64,000 nt of DNA from Octopus vulgaris (GCA_951406725.2 OX597828.1:23374001-23438000); one strand, 5' to 3'; shown: positions 27,933 through 42,808, numbered from the stretch's first letter. Made by a program: numbers and translations. Notes: generated by a model from the letters alone, not told the origin.

Positions 27933-28230
27933 ATGTGTATATATACACATATACACATGTATATATATATATATATATTTATATTTTCAAGTGCATGTAT
28001 ATGTATGCATGTATGTATGCATGTATGTTCGTATCTTTGTATGTATGTATGTATGTATGTATGTATGTATGTATGTATGTGTGTATGTATGTATGTATAT
28101 ATGTATGTATGTATGTATGTATGCATGTGTATGAATAGTATAACTATCATCAAAATATTGAGTGCAAACCGCTTTTACGCAACTGACTTGCTTCTTGCGG
28201 CATACTACCCTCTCTGTGTATATACATATG

Positions 28231-28278
<48 letters not shown>

Positions 28279-29189
28279 TGAAGATATATATACCTGTGTT
28301 TTTGTGTGTGTGTCTATGTCTATATATATATATATACGCGTATATATCACCAGACATATATAATTCTATTTCTATACATAGGTTTGAAACAGAGAAAGAA
28401 AAGTGTTAGTACAATTACAAGAGATGTGACTGCAAGTGATATGAAAATAGTATCATTGATTTCCTTCGATATAACCACTTAGTCGTGTAAGTTCCTGCAA
28501 AAATACACGTCCTGTAATCTCCGGGGATACAAGACATTCCAAACGAAATCTTTAATCAAAACTTATCGCAGAATGTTCGAGTGTAGTCAAGATAGAAGTT
28601 GCCGTCCATTTTGTTGTCTTGTCGTGTCTAATATTTGAGAAAATATCCGATTCTATTTAATAATAAACATTGATTCTTTTTTTTTTTATTCCATAAAGTT
28701 GTCCACTCCAGAAATGAGGTTATAGTATAGCCGTACCATTTGTCTTGTGCTGCTGAGAGGAATCAAATTCTTGCATTATATATATTTCTAGCATTCTTTG
28801 GAATGCTAGAAATAGCACCAAAATAGAGCGCTCCTCGTTGATTTCACCGAAGAACCTTTTACGACTGACATCAACCAGTATATATGTGAGTGCTCGTTTG
28901 TTTGTGTGTGTGTATGTGTGTGTGTATGTGTGTGTGTATGTGTGTGTGCGGGTGTGTGTGTGTCTAAAAATATGCTACCAAGCTGGAAATAGCAGTCAAA
29001 ACTTAACTCCAAAACCACACTAAATGTTCATACAGCATGAAGAAAATATATAAATACGTCAAGAAAATATATAAATACCCAATCCTTTTCCAGTGCTTCC
29101 TCTTCATAAAATAATATATTCTACTATGCGAATTTTAACATTTTTCCTGATTGAACTGGAAGAGGGGTCACAGTACCTATGATCCTTTT

Positions 29190-29220
<31 letters not shown>

Positions 29221-29449
29221 CTTTTTCTTCTTTATCTTGCTGGACTCGTAAGGGGCTTTGTCATAAAAAGTAAGTTGCTTTGAACACCCTTGGAGTCCAC
29301 ATTAAATGACGTCTTATCATGGCATATATCTTCTGGAATGAAAGAGAGAAACAAAGAATGTAATTATACAAAAGAGTATGTGTGTTTGTTTGTGTGTGTG
29401 CGCGTGCGTGTGTGTGTCTGTGTATAGATAGACAGACAGACAAACAAAC

Positions 29450-29582
<133 letters not shown>

Positions 29583-29592
29583 TTGATACATA

Positions 29593-29668
<76 letters not shown>

Positions 29669-29675
29669 ACAATCC

Positions 29676-29776
29676 AGAAAATGGAGATGTAGCATTAATA
29701 TCATTTATTAACTCCAAAAAGTGAACATGTTGACTTTTTGCAGTTAATAAATTATATTAATGCTACATCATTTTCT
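29676..29776. repeat. ~100-bp imperfect palindrome with no spacer
   Basis: gatgtagcattaatatcatttattaactccaaaaagtgaaca|tgttgactttttgcagttaataaattatattaatgctacatc: 42-bp arms with 3 mismatches. Confidence 0.85.
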
Positions 29777-30659
29777 AACTTTTAAGTTGAATATTTATCA
29801 TCCAAGATTTTTACTTAAACCTATTATATTAGGAATATTAATTTTCACAACAAACTAATAAGTAACAAACCAGTAATTCATTGGGGCTTTTTTATCCCTT
29901 AATGAGGCTATTTAACCTCTAATTAAATTCCTCTGCGACAGAATTAGATGGCAAAGCGTTCCATCTTCTGGTTTTCCTCTTTGCAACTTCAGATATCATC
30001 CAGGACAAAAAAAAAAAAAGAATTCGTGATAAACTGCATGGAAATCGAATCTGCATTTATGACCTTACCCATGCCAGCGTACGATAGAGTTCAGCGTTCT
30101 TCTGGTGGTCATACGAAATTCTCCCTCTCGGTTTCAATTGTCTGTTGTGACTAATTTAAAATACATTCTCAACGCAAATAGTTTTGACAATGGCATGACA
30201 ATCACAACTTCGGTTACTTAGAAGCGATCCGCCTGTCAGAAATAAATCGGATCACAAAATGCCAGGCCGTTGGCTCTATTTTCGAAATTATCGCACAAGT
30301 GCGTATTATAAACATGGCGGATTTGATGTTGTCTAAAGATCAAGATTTCGGGTTTGGAGAACGGCAGCTGACCATCTATATATCAGTATCGATTTATCCT
30401 ATGACCGCAACTGAACTTGTCATTTCATCTGTGTTTCGTGTCACCTGGAACACCAATCTTTGTGTGGATTAGTAATAGCTACATGAGATCGTCTGCCTGC
30501 TGCTATTCTAGGTTTCTGCGGCGAACAATCATGCACGACACAGAGGAAAACAGGAAAAAAAGCTGAAAGATACGTACATACATTCATGCATGCATACACA
30601 CAGGCACACTTTCACACGCACAAATACATACGTAAATATGTACGTATATATGTATGTAT

Positions 30660-31260
<601 letters not shown>

Positions 31261-31563
31261 TGCAGAAACGTACAAACAGAAAGATGCTTGGGAATAGAAT
31301 ACAAATGAGATTTAGAAGAAAACAGGGAACCAGGCACAGAATGCGAGAGAAGTGGTAAAAAGAGATAAATACAGAAGAAATAAAGTAAGTAGAAGAAATT
31401 GTAGTAAGATTGGGATTTGAGAAATGTCTTGAGTGGGGAAAAGAGAGAAATTGGAGAAGAAAAATTAGAATTAAAGAATTAACTGAGAAATGATGCCAAG
31501 GAGTATTGCAGAAGTTACAAAACCAAACGCATATGTGGCTATAGAATAGAATAGAATAGAATT

Positions 31564-31650
<87 letters not shown>

Positions 31651-31654
31651 TGAT

Positions 31655-31704
<50 letters not shown>

Positions 31705-31787
31705 CATACATACATACATACATACATACATACATACATACATACATACATACATACATACATACATACATACATACATACATACAT

Positions 31788-32145
31788 AAGTTTCTTTATT
31801 GGCCACACAGGCTGCACACAGATGGGACAAGTTACAAGGTAAAGCTTTTCTTTTAGGGGAGAAAAAAAAAAGGTGGCGTAGTTTTTCGATCAAAAGGGAT
31901 CGTAAAAGGGAAAAAAGAACAAAAAAAAGAAAAAAGAAAAAAAAGGAAAAGAAAAAAAAAAAAGAAAAAAGGGAAAAAAAGAAAAGAAAAATGAAAAAAG
32001 AAGAAAAAAGAGGAAAAAAGGGGGAGAGGAAAAAAACGATCAATAGGGATCGTGTATCACAGTGTCATGATGTATGGTGTTAGGGGGAAAGCAAGTAAGG
32101 TTTATCCGTGGGAAGAAAAGCCTACGAAAAAGACCACGGTAACCT
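31788..32145 (-). mobile_element. Probable non-LTR retrotransposon 3' UTR
   Basis: The minus strand is pyrimidine-rich and ends in AATAAAgaaact followed by a (TATG)n tail. Clade not determinable. Confidence 0.45.
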
Positions 32146-32210
32146 TAGACAATATTGTTATATGTTACCACATTTGTTTGCAAGTGTTTTAGGTAGATAG
32201 ATATAGTGAG

Positions 32211-32244
<34 letters not shown>

Positions 32245-32420
32245 CTATAGATATAGGTATATATCTATGTATGTATGTACGTACGTTTATATGTACATTT
32301 ACGAATTCGCATGAGTATGTCTTTACATATATGTGTAAATATATGTATATGTATATATATTAATATATGTGTGTGTATGTTGTGTGTCTCTGTGTACGTA
32401 CATACATACATACACACACA

Positions 32421-32476
<56 letters not shown>

Positions 32477-33182
32477 GGTATATATCTATATCTATTTATA
32501 TACGAGTGCGTATATATTTACACATATACGTACAGACGTACACATGTGTATATAAACATACATACATACATACATACATACATACATACATACATACATA
32601 CATACATACATACATGCATACATACATACACATACATACATACGAAAGACGAATTCGTCGTTAAGATATCCAGTCTGCATAGGATAGACTTCATAAAAGT
32701 TTTGATCTTAAGGAAGGTCGAAGCGCAGCCAAGTACAAAAGCCGCAAAAAACTACTTTATAATACGCTAATAATCCCAAACAAAATAAGTTGAAAGCTGA
32801 AAGTCTGATGCTGGAAAGAATTAGAAGGGAAATGGTAAAGTAAAAAGAAAATAAAGAAGAAACTGAGCGAAGGTTCCTGAATGTGTTTCGGGGAGTGTGG
32901 CCGAATAATACTGATGAATAGTTCGCGTCGAGGGATTGTTAGTAGCAGTAGATGCTGTAGAAGAAATGATGTTGGGGTTAAATAGAGAGATTAAAAGGTA
33001 TAACGTAAGAGAGAATAGGGGATTAATGGCAGAGAGAGGAGCTAGACATAAAATGAGAGAGAAAGTGAGAGAAAGAAGGAGAGTGTGAGTGAGGGAGAGA
33101 GTGGATCAGAGAGAACGTATAAGGAATAGTGTGGACGTATGGGAGTTTGTGTAAATGTACGTGACAGAGAGAGAGAGAGATT

Positions 33183-33221
<39 letters not shown>

Positions 33222-34236
33222 GGAGAGAGAGAGAGAGAGAGATTGAGAGAGAGATTGGGAGAGAGAGAGAGAGATTGAGAGAGAGAGATTGGGAGAGAGA
33301 GAGAAAGAGATTGAGAGAGAGAGAGAGAGATTGGGAGAGAGAGAGAAGTGTGTGCTTGTGTATGCATGTGTATGTGTGTGTATGTGGTGTGTGCATATGC
33401 ATAAGGAGATTAAAAGGAAGCGAGTGAAAGATATTTGGAGCGAGGAAGACAGAGAGACACAACGACATAGACAGACAGACAGACGCACTGTAGTTCAGAC
33501 ATGCGTAAAATACATATAGATAAAAAGATGAAGAGCAGTTATGAGATGGCAAAAATAGGGATCATAAAAATAAGGTCGAGATGAGAAAACGGTTATGTGT
33601 GGGTGACTATAATATAGAGATCAAGAGGTGTTATGGCATGAATGAACTAAGTACCAATGGATGGCAAACAGATGTGAAGCCATTATATTAGGTGTGAATT
33701 AAAGCAACGTGGTGGTAGAATCGTTGGAGCATCGGACAATTTGTTTAGCCACAATTCTTCTCGTTTTTTGGGGGGTTTTTTGCTTAAACATCGGGAATTG
33801 ATAAACTAAGAGCCAGTTGAGCTCTGAGGTCGATGTAATCAATTTACCCTCTTCCACAGAATTATTAATCTTGCGTCATAATTTGAAGCCATTGTGACAG
33901 GTGTGAAATAAATCGGAGAGCTGGCAGAATCGATAGCGTGTCGGATAAAATATACTTAGCAACTTTTCTGCCGACTCTTTACGTTCGAAGTTCAAATTCT
34001 GCTGGAGTTGACTTGGCATTTTACCCGTTCTGAGTCGATAAAATAAGCACAGGGCTGGATATAACTTACTTCCCATTCCCCTAAGAATTGCTGATCGATT
34101 TCCAAAATTAGAAAAGATTATGAAGTGTGAATTGAGGCTTTACAACAGAAGTTCTCAAAATTTTGGGGCCACCGCCCCAATCATGGCCACATAAAACCCT
34201 CAGCGCCCCCACCTCTATTTTTTATGCGCCCTTTTC

Positions 34237-34526
34237 AAGCCTAGCCAGGCTCATGGGCCCGGTTCCCCGATTTCTATGACGTATATGTTCCCCCCAGCTG
34301 GAAGGGACACCAGTCCATCGGAGCGTTACTCAAAAAAACAGGAAGAAAGAGTGAAAGTTGGGGTGAAAGAGTACAACAGGGGTCGCCACCACCCCCTGCC
34401 GGAGCCTCGTAGAGCTTTAGGTGTTCTCGCTCAATAAATACACACAACGCCCGGTCTGCGAATCGAAACTCCGATCCTCTGACCGCGAGTCCGCCGCCCT
34501 AACCCCTGGGCCATTGCGCCTCCACA
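34237..34526 (-). mobile_element. SINE with family C head and a different 3' tail
   Basis: Head 'tgtggaggcgcaatggcccaggggttagggcggcggac' matches 25495. The tail matches that of 57460-57720. Confidence 0.8.
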
Positions 34527-34984
34527 TCCCTATTTTTAGGTATACTTATTTTACTAATTTATATTTACTATGGATTATTTGATAATTAATATAATATTAT
34601 ATGATTTGCCTACTATATCATAATATTATTATAAATTCATAGCGTCCCGCAATCCACTGGCATTCTCCCAATGCCTCCTTCTTCTCTACCATCCCCTTAT
34701 ACACCGGCGCTCACCTGGACCCTATGCTTTACAGGATTCCTTCTGTCATTTCACGTTTTTGCGTTCAAATTCCTCCGAGATTGGCGTTGCTTTCCGTACT
34801 CCTGACGGAGATAAAATAAGAACCAGTTGAGAGCTGGGATCAATTAAATCGCTTAATTTCCTCTCCCTGTAATTTCTAGCCTTGTGCTAAACATTTGAAA
34901 CAATTGTAAGTCTGAATAGGGAGAAATAGATAACGCATATATATGTATGTATGTATGTATGTATGCCTGTGTGTATCTGTGTGA

Positions 34985-35111
34985 TTCCGGGATCGTGAGT
35001 TCGATACACGACGGTGCGTTGTGCCTCTTGAGCAAGTAACTTTATTTCTAGTTGCTCCAGTCCACTCAGCTGGTCAAAAATGAGTTGTACCTGTAGTACG
35101 AACGACTACTA

Positions 35112-35149
<38 letters not shown>

Positions 35150-35198
35150 ACTACTACCACTATTACTACTACTGTTGCTGCTGATGCTGCTACTACTA

Positions 35199-35258
<60 letters not shown>

Positions 35259-35430
35259 GTACTACTGCATTCTCGCATTCTGTGTCATGGTGATTCTCCC
35301 TAGGAACTATGTTAATGGCACGCGTGTCTGAGGAATACTCTGCCACTTGCACGTTAATTTAATGAGCAGGCTGTTCCGTCATTGATCGGACCAACTGGGA
35401 CCGTAGTCATCGTGACCGACAGAGTTCCAG
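34985..35430 (+). mobile_element. SINE family D (CORE-like) split by a (TAC/TGC)n expansion
   Basis: 'gagttcgat...cttgagcaagtaactt...cactcagctgg...aatgagt', then microsatellite, then the tail shared with 14240-14460. Confidence 0.7.
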
Positions 35431-35614
35431 TTAGAATATCTGTGTGTGAGAAAGAGAGACTGTGTGTGTGCGTATCTAAATATCTTTCAATATATTCTAC
35501 AGAGAGAATGAGAGAGAAAGAAAGAGAGAGTGTGCGTGAGGGAGGTGGAGGGAGGGTGTTTGAGAAATGAAAAATAGAAAAATACTCTTGACCAAAGACG
35601 AGCAAAATTAAATC

Positions 35615-35660
<46 letters not shown>

Positions 35661-36002
35661 AGGAAAGAAGGAAGGAAAGAAAGAAGGAAATAAGGAATTA
35701 AGGAAGGAAAGAAGGAAAGAAGGAAGGAAAGAAGGAAAGAAGGAAAGAAAGAAGGAAAGAAGGAAGCAAAGAAAGAAAGAAAGAAGGAAAGAAAGAAAGA
35801 AAGAATTCTGGTGTAAATGACTAGAGTTATACAAGAAGACACACGAATAGTGTCAGGTGTAAGAAGTCATAGGTAGTGAAATAGAGAGAGTAAGTAAGAT
35901 GGAGAGAGAGAGTAATGTTATGACATGTTTGGAAGAGAGGATTGTGAGAGAGAGTATAAGTAGGATTAAAAGTACACACAACAACGGTGACTAAGACAAA
36001 AT

Positions 36003-36080
<78 letters not shown>

Positions 36081-36693
36081 AGAGGAGGAGGGGGCGGGGG
36101 AGAAAGCAGTAGTAAAACGAGTATTTGCAGAAGTGGAATGGGGTGGAAGAGGGGAGAAGAAGGAGAAGAAGAAGAAGAAGAAGAAGATAAAGAACAAGAA
36201 GAAGAAGAAGAAGAAAAGAAGAAGAAGAAGAAGAAGAAGAAGAAGAAGAAGAAGAAGAAGAAGAAGAGAAGAAGAAGAAGAAGAAGAAGAAGAAGAAGGA
36301 TGGAAAGACTCTTCAAAAACTAATTAGAAGAGGAAAAGCAAGAAGAAGAAGTAATAGGATGAGGAGGAGAAGAAGAAGAAGAGCAAGAATGAGAAGAAAA
36401 AGAAAGAACAAGAAGTAATAGGATGACGAGGAGGAGAAGGGGAAGGAGAAAAAGAAGAAGAAGAAGAAGTAGAAGAAGAAGAAAGAACAAGAAGTAATAG
36501 GATGACGAGGAGGAAGAAGAAGATAAAGAAGAAGAAGAAGAAGAAAAGGAAAGGCCAAGAAATAATCGGATGAGGAAGGGGGAGGAGTAGGAGGAGGAGA
36601 AGAGGAGCAAGAAGAAGAAAAAGAAAGAACAAGAAATAATAGGAGGAGGAGGAGGTGGAGCAGAAGGAGGAAGGAGGAGAGGAGGAGAAGAGG

Positions 36694-36926
36694 AGAAGAA
36701 GAAGAAGAAGAAGAAGAAGAAGAAGAAGAAGAAGAAGAAGAAGAAGAAGAAGAAGAAGAAGAAGAAGAAGAAGAAGAAGAAGAAGAAGAAGAAGAAGAAG
36801 AAGAAGAAGAAGAAGAAGAAGAAGAAGAAGAAGAAGAAGAAGAAGAAGAAGAAGAAGAAGAAGAAGAAGAAGAAGAAGAAGAAGAAGAAGAAGAAGAAGA
36901 AGAAGAAGAAGAAGAAGAAGAAGAAG

Positions 36927-36956
<30 letters not shown>
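36694..36956 (+). repeat. Pure (GAA)n tract (~260 bp) within a ~1-kb polypurine region
   Basis: Directly visible. Confidence 0.95.
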
Positions 36957-36958
<2 letters not shown>

Positions 36959-37778
36959 GATAACAGAAGACACTAACAACACGTACACTAACAAGAACAA
37001 CATAACTATGAAGAACAACAGCAAGAGCAACAAGAGTCAAAGAAAGTCAAGGCAAGAAAATGAGAAGGACGTTGCAAGTAAAGTAGGAAAGATCAACAGG
37101 AAGAAGAAGAGACAGAAGCAATGGCAATGTTGTTCGCTTTAATATGCAATCCATTAGTTTGTACAATGTAAGTGAACGACGCCGTCGATGATTCTGACAT
37201 GTTTGCATGAGGTGTGAGATAGAGTTGGCTCGGCTTGGCTTGTAAACACGAAACAACCATCAGAACTATTAGAATTGAAATCTCCAGTCTAAACTAGTAG
37301 CAACTGCTGCAAACATGCAACGGCAGAAGAACCGGTGCACACCATGCAGGCATGTGGACACGAGTATACGCAATATAAGCATAGCATATCAGCACAGGCG
37401 TACCAAGGCGCGTGGTGTGTATATGTATACGTATAGGTATAGAGGGATGTGTGTATATATATATATATATATATCCATCTCTCTCTGTCTCTTTCTATAT
37501 ATATGTATGTATATATATATATATATATATATATACAGATATATATATGTGTGTATGTGTGTGTGTGTATGCATGTATACATACATATGTGTATATACAC
37601 ATACATACAGAAGTACATATAAGTACATATATAGTGTATATGTATATGTCTATTCATATACACAAATATAAGTACACACATGATTATACCATGTATATAT
37701 ATACATATATATACGCATATATACATACATATATACACATGTACATAAACTCGTTTACGTATGTACGAGCATATAGAC

Positions 37779-37818
<40 letters not shown>

Positions 37819-38525
37819 ATAGAAAGTACGTGATGTGTACATACATACATACATACATACATACATACATACATACATACATACATACATACATACATAA
37901 ATATATGCATGCGTACATATATAAATATGTATGAGCGCACACACAGTCGAACACGCATCTGTACACATAAACAAACAAGACTCTATCCCAAGAACGTGTT
38001 ACAGAGATTGCGGGCGTTGGTCTGGGAAAAACGGAGGAGAAAATCAAGGGGCGGAGAAGAAGAAAAAGATGGAGGAGTTGGTTACATATTGGTTGATGCA
38101 CATTGAAGCATTGTCCGAAAATGGAAACTGTACGGCAGAGCGTGGCAGGAAAGCTAAAACCAGATTATGCTATATTTAGCTAATATCTTACAAGGTCTTC
38201 GAGTTAAAAACCGATGAATTAAATTAGACATTGATGGGGATAAAGGATGGAATGCAATAGTGTTAAAACATCTGATAGAGTTATATATATATATATATAC
38301 ACTCACACACATTATGTACACACATGCACACACACTGACATACCTACATGCTCAATACACATAGCACGCACACAGACACACACACACACATACACGTAAA
38401 GATAGAGAGAAGAATGAACAGATACGTATAGAGTTGCGTTATATATTTTAGACGATAATTCGTATGAGATACATTGAGAATGTGTACAGGCGCATGTCGC
38501 TTTACAAGTGTGTTCATGCTTACAG

Positions 38526-38576
<51 letters not shown>

Positions 38577-38787
38577 TGTGTCTGTGTTGTGTGTGTGTGT
38601 GTGTGTGTGTGTGTCTGTGTGTGTGCATGTGTCTGTGTTGTGTGTGTGTGTTTGCATGTGTCTGTGTATATATATATATATATATGTGTGTGTATGTGTG
38701 TGTGCGTGTGTGTGTGTTTAAGTATGTATATGTATATATCAATATCTATCTATCTATCGATCTCTCTATTTATCTGTCTCTCTCTCA

Positions 38788-38826
<39 letters not shown>

Positions 38827-38957
38827 CATATATATATATTAATCAAAGGAATTCCAGCTTGTCTGAGTTTTCACGTTTTATTTACAATCTTGCAACAGTA
38901 TAATATAACATAAGGTAATGTAATGAACTGATATAATATTAAATGTTCATTTTTGAT

Positions 38958-39002
38958 TGAACTAGTACTTTCATACCTTAAACTAAGCAATCTTCAGGTT
39001 CA
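38958..39002 (-). ncRNA. Compact minimal type I hammerhead ribozyme motif
   Basis: Minus strand: tgaac-CTGAAGA-ttgcttagtttaaggtat-GAAA-GTAC-TA-gttca. Perfect 5-bp stem I, palindromic AGTACT stem III, CUA triplet. Confidence 0.72.
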
Positions 39003-39378
39003 TATAATAGTGGTGACAGTTATGTTTTACAATTTACAACTGTAAGTGACATGGCTAAAATGTGTGCCCTAAATACATATGTATAGGCTTAAGAATTTTA
39101 AGTTTTGCAAACTGTATTCTGACGAATAAGTGTGTAGCTTTACTAAATTACTGAAGTTGATAGGTGTTTTTTAGGTGTCACAGTTTTGTTGAACATATCA
39201 TGAGACCTGTATTTTGAGCCTGGCCAAAGCTGTATTTGTTTGGCTTCTTTTTGAAATTATGTAAAGAACATTTCACAGCGATTTTTACATTTCAATTATG
39301 ATCATCGCCGTTATCATCACCTTTATTATTGTTGTCAATGGTGGGGTGGTACGAGTAGCTGTGGTAATAGAACTTTAG

Positions 39379-39430
<52 letters not shown>

Positions 39431-39532
39431 TCGGGGTGAGTATTTGATAATTATAAGCACCTGTGTATACCGTTTGGTGGTGTAGGTGGTGGAGTAAATT
39501 GATCAAAATAAAAACATGATGCCAAGGATTCA

Positions 39533-39610
39533 GCGGTACATATGTTTCGGGTCTTTATTAGACAGATTTATAACAATGCATAATGTATGTCTGTGGCCTT
39601 CTTCAGCCGC
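39533..39610 (-). ncRNA. Minimal type I hammerhead ribozyme (left arm)
   Basis: Minus strand: gcgg-CTGAAGA-aggccacaga...tctgt..gaccc-GAAA-CATATG-TA-ccgc. Confidence 0.8.
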
Positions 39611-39996
39611 GCACAACAGCTTCCACAAGGACATGTGTTACATCAAAAATTCTTGGTTGGGGATGCAAATCCTCTCATTCACGTACGACATAATGCGGCA
39701 ACAGCATAGAATTGAAGCGTCCATCTCTTTCTTCTCTCAATGTAGAATGAGGAAATTTGGATGTTGAAGTAATGTAAATAAATTAATAAATAAATAACTT
39801 AATTATTTATTTATTTATTTATTAATTTATTTACATTACTTCAACATCCAAATTTCCTCATTCTACATTGAGAGAAGAAAGAGATGGACGCTTCAATTCT
39901 ATGCTGTTGCCGCATTATGTCGTACGCGAATGAGAGGATTTGCATCCCCAACCAGAATTTTTGATGTAACACATGTCCTTGTGGAAGCTGTTGTGC

Positions 39997-40074
39997 GCGG
40001 CTGAAGAAGGCCACAGACATACATTATGCATTGTTATAAATCTGTCTAATAAAGGCCCGAAATATATGTACCGC
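39997..40074 (+). ncRNA. Minimal type I hammerhead ribozyme (right arm)
   Basis: gcgg-CTGAAGA-aggccacaga...tctgt..ggccc-GAAA-TATATG-TA-ccgc. Confidence 0.8.
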
Positions 40075-40107
40075 TGAATCCTTGGCATCATGTTTTTATT
40101 TTGATCA

Positions 40108-40147
<40 letters not shown>

Positions 40148-40238
40148 TATATGAATATATATATATACCCACATTATATGAATATATATACACACACATT
40201 ATATAAATATATATATATGTATTTGCAACCACATGTAT

Positions 40239-40240
<2 letters not shown>

Positions 40241-40274
<34 letters not shown>

Positions 40275-40404
40275 GTTTAACGTCCGCTTTCCATGCTAGC
40301 ATGGGTTGGACGATTTTGACTGAGGGCTGGCGAACCAGATGGTTGCACCAGGCTCCAATCTTGATTTGGCAGAGTTTCTACAGCTGGATGCCCTACCTAA
40401 CGCC
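40241..40404 (-). mobile_element. 3' end of an RTE-tailed SINE/LINE with (GAT)n tail
   Basis: Minus strand 'ggcgttaggtagggcatccagctgtagaaac...catggaaagcggacgttaaacg(atg)n' is a typical RTE-type 3' tail. Confidence 0.65.
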
Positions 40405-41533
40405 ATATATATTTAGATATATACATACACACACGCACACACACACGAACACATAAACTTTCGATGCTATGTAATCTTGTGTTGTAAAACATATCTAAGG
40501 TACGTCGTCTTTGTTTGTTCATTTGAGAATTACATATTGACATAGTTCTTCTCTAATATGTTACGCGGGGTCATTATCACAAGATCAAATTTTGTCGAAT
40601 ACAAGGAAACAAAATATACCATGTCATAACGATCATACACAATCGGTATTCACTCCCCATATACGGAAGCACATTCTGACTATAATCAATTTGTATAACC
40701 TAATTTTTTCCTGTGTTGCTTTTCTTTTTATTTATCAGAGTATATATCGATGAATGAATGTCAGCGACTTTGTTGTAACTGTCTTCAGCTTACGTTTATA
40801 ATTTTGCAGATTTTACTCTAGGAACGTTGTAGCGCGAGTGATTACTTGACATCGTTTTAAGTTGATTTGTTTGCTTAAAATGATTACCAGCCACTAACTC
40901 TTATAACTCCTTCTCCTACCTGGTCTCATATCACGAATATGCCGCTAGAGTTCAAGTTGGGCAATCGAGAGTGAGTCATTGTCTGATCGGGACTACATAT
41001 AAACGTAAGGCAATTAACGGAAGAACCGTATATACTAGTTTCATATTTTGGTACGAGGCCAGCAATTTTGAGGAAGGAAGTAAGTCCATTACATGGATCC
41101 CTGTGTTCATTTTATTAAAAATCTGAAAGGATAAAAGGCGAAGTCGACCTAGATGAAATTTGAACTCAATACGTAAGGATAGACGAAATGCTGTTAAGCA
41201 TTTTGCCCGGCATGTTACTGAGTCAGACACTTAGCCGCCTATGTTATGTTATATGTTACCAAAATATAAATCATTCGCAGGTAACAGCGGACGATTTACC
41301 TTATCTCTTAGTTCTTCGAGTCTGCAGTATATACTTAAGTAGAACATTGCCTGTTATTTCTATTAGGTAAATTCAAAACCTTGAAGCACAGTAGTCGCCA
41401 TTTGTTTATTTAGTACCAGACAATCAGCATCAGGAAGACACACGCAAGCGGTGAAAGGCTTTCCAAACAAAAGTGTTGTGCAAATTTTTGTATGTATAGA
41501 ACAATGCAATATGAATTTTTATTAGTTTAGAAT

Positions 41534-42034
41534 TAGTGGTTCGCAACATGGGCCCTTATCACCCTTGGGGATCTATGAAGTATTTTATTGTTAAAATTTA
41601 TGTGTTTATAACGATTTCAAATTTTAGCACAACCCTATCAAGTGCGGGGGAGGGTTAAGCTGATAACATCGACCAGCGATCAACTTGTACTTATTTTCAT
41701 TGGCCCCGAATGGATCAAATGCAAAGTCACCCACGGCGGAATTTGAACTGGGAGCGTAACATTATTGCCAGACGCGCTAACGAATCTGTAGTTTGCCGTC
41801 TTATACATTTAGATATATTATACAATGCACGAAATATATTAGTTATATCTATGTATTAAACAATACAGAGAATATTTAAGCGGTTTTGTTTTTATATAGT
41901 TCCTAATAATATTATAGCATAAAACTATAATACGAGTTATTAGACATCGAATGACTATGAGGCCCCCAAATCTGGAGTAAAATCGGAACCGAACGCATTC
42001 ATAGACAAAAAACAAACATTGTTGAGAACCATTG
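41534..42034. mobile_element. hAT-like MITE with nested SINE B
   Basis: Imperfect TIRs tagtggttcgcaac / gttgagaaccattg (CAGTGGTTCTCAAC type). A SINE B relic lies at ~41615-41800. Confidence 0.55.
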
Positions 42035-42593
42035 GTTAAGACATTAAGAAGCGTACCAACGGTTAAGTATGCTCTATTTCTAGCACATAGCGCGACCAGA
42101 TGGCGGCTAGGCAGAGTACAAATTTCTGTTAGCTTGAAGAATTAAGTGGATGTAGCTGGAAGTTGTCAAACGCCTGTAAAAATGACAGGAAGAGTGTATA
42201 ATATATAAGAATTTTATAAAATCACTTCAAACGAGATTCGAAACCCGTTGTCAAGAATATATAACAAATGTATAAACAATGGCGAGCAGTAGAATGTAAA
42301 TGTTTGGTAAATTGTATAATATGTGGGTCGTTCACGGCGAAAAAAATAAAGGAAGAACAGAACAAATAGAATTTAAAGAGACAAATTTATCTGCTTGTAC
42401 TATGTCAAGATTTGAAGACATTTAAGATGGTAAAGATAAATTTGATTTCACGTTGTGTACGAGTGAGTGACGGAGAGATTCAGAGCTGTATATGTACTTT
42501 ACCACTTACTGCATTCTCACTCTCTGCATGTATATATATATATACAGAGAGAGAGAGGGGGAGGGTATGTGTGTGCATACATATATATATGTG

Positions 42594-42635
<42 letters not shown>

Positions 42636-42686
42636 GAGAGAGAGAGGTATGTGTGTACACACATACATATATGTGTAAATATATAA

Positions 42687-42808
<122 letters not shown>

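Larger units (their letters stand above)
39495..40112. mobile_element. ~620-bp near-perfect inverted repeat (Penelope-like inverted pLTR architecture)
   Basis: Arms 39495-39797 and 39811-40112 are reverse complements with only a handful of differences, separated by a 13-nt AT-rich spacer. Each arm carries a hammerhead, and (TA)n lies on both flanks. Confidence 0.9.

Noticed and set aside
30314-30472. 52-codon ORF MADLMLSKDQDFGFGERQ... in good start context
   Set aside because: Short, no recognisable homology and no supporting exon structure.
36345-36520. Repeated 'agaagtaataggatgacgaggagg' units with variable spacers (CRISPR-like look)
   Set aside because: Eukaryotic polypurine slippage repeats: the spacers are low-complexity and there are no cas genes.
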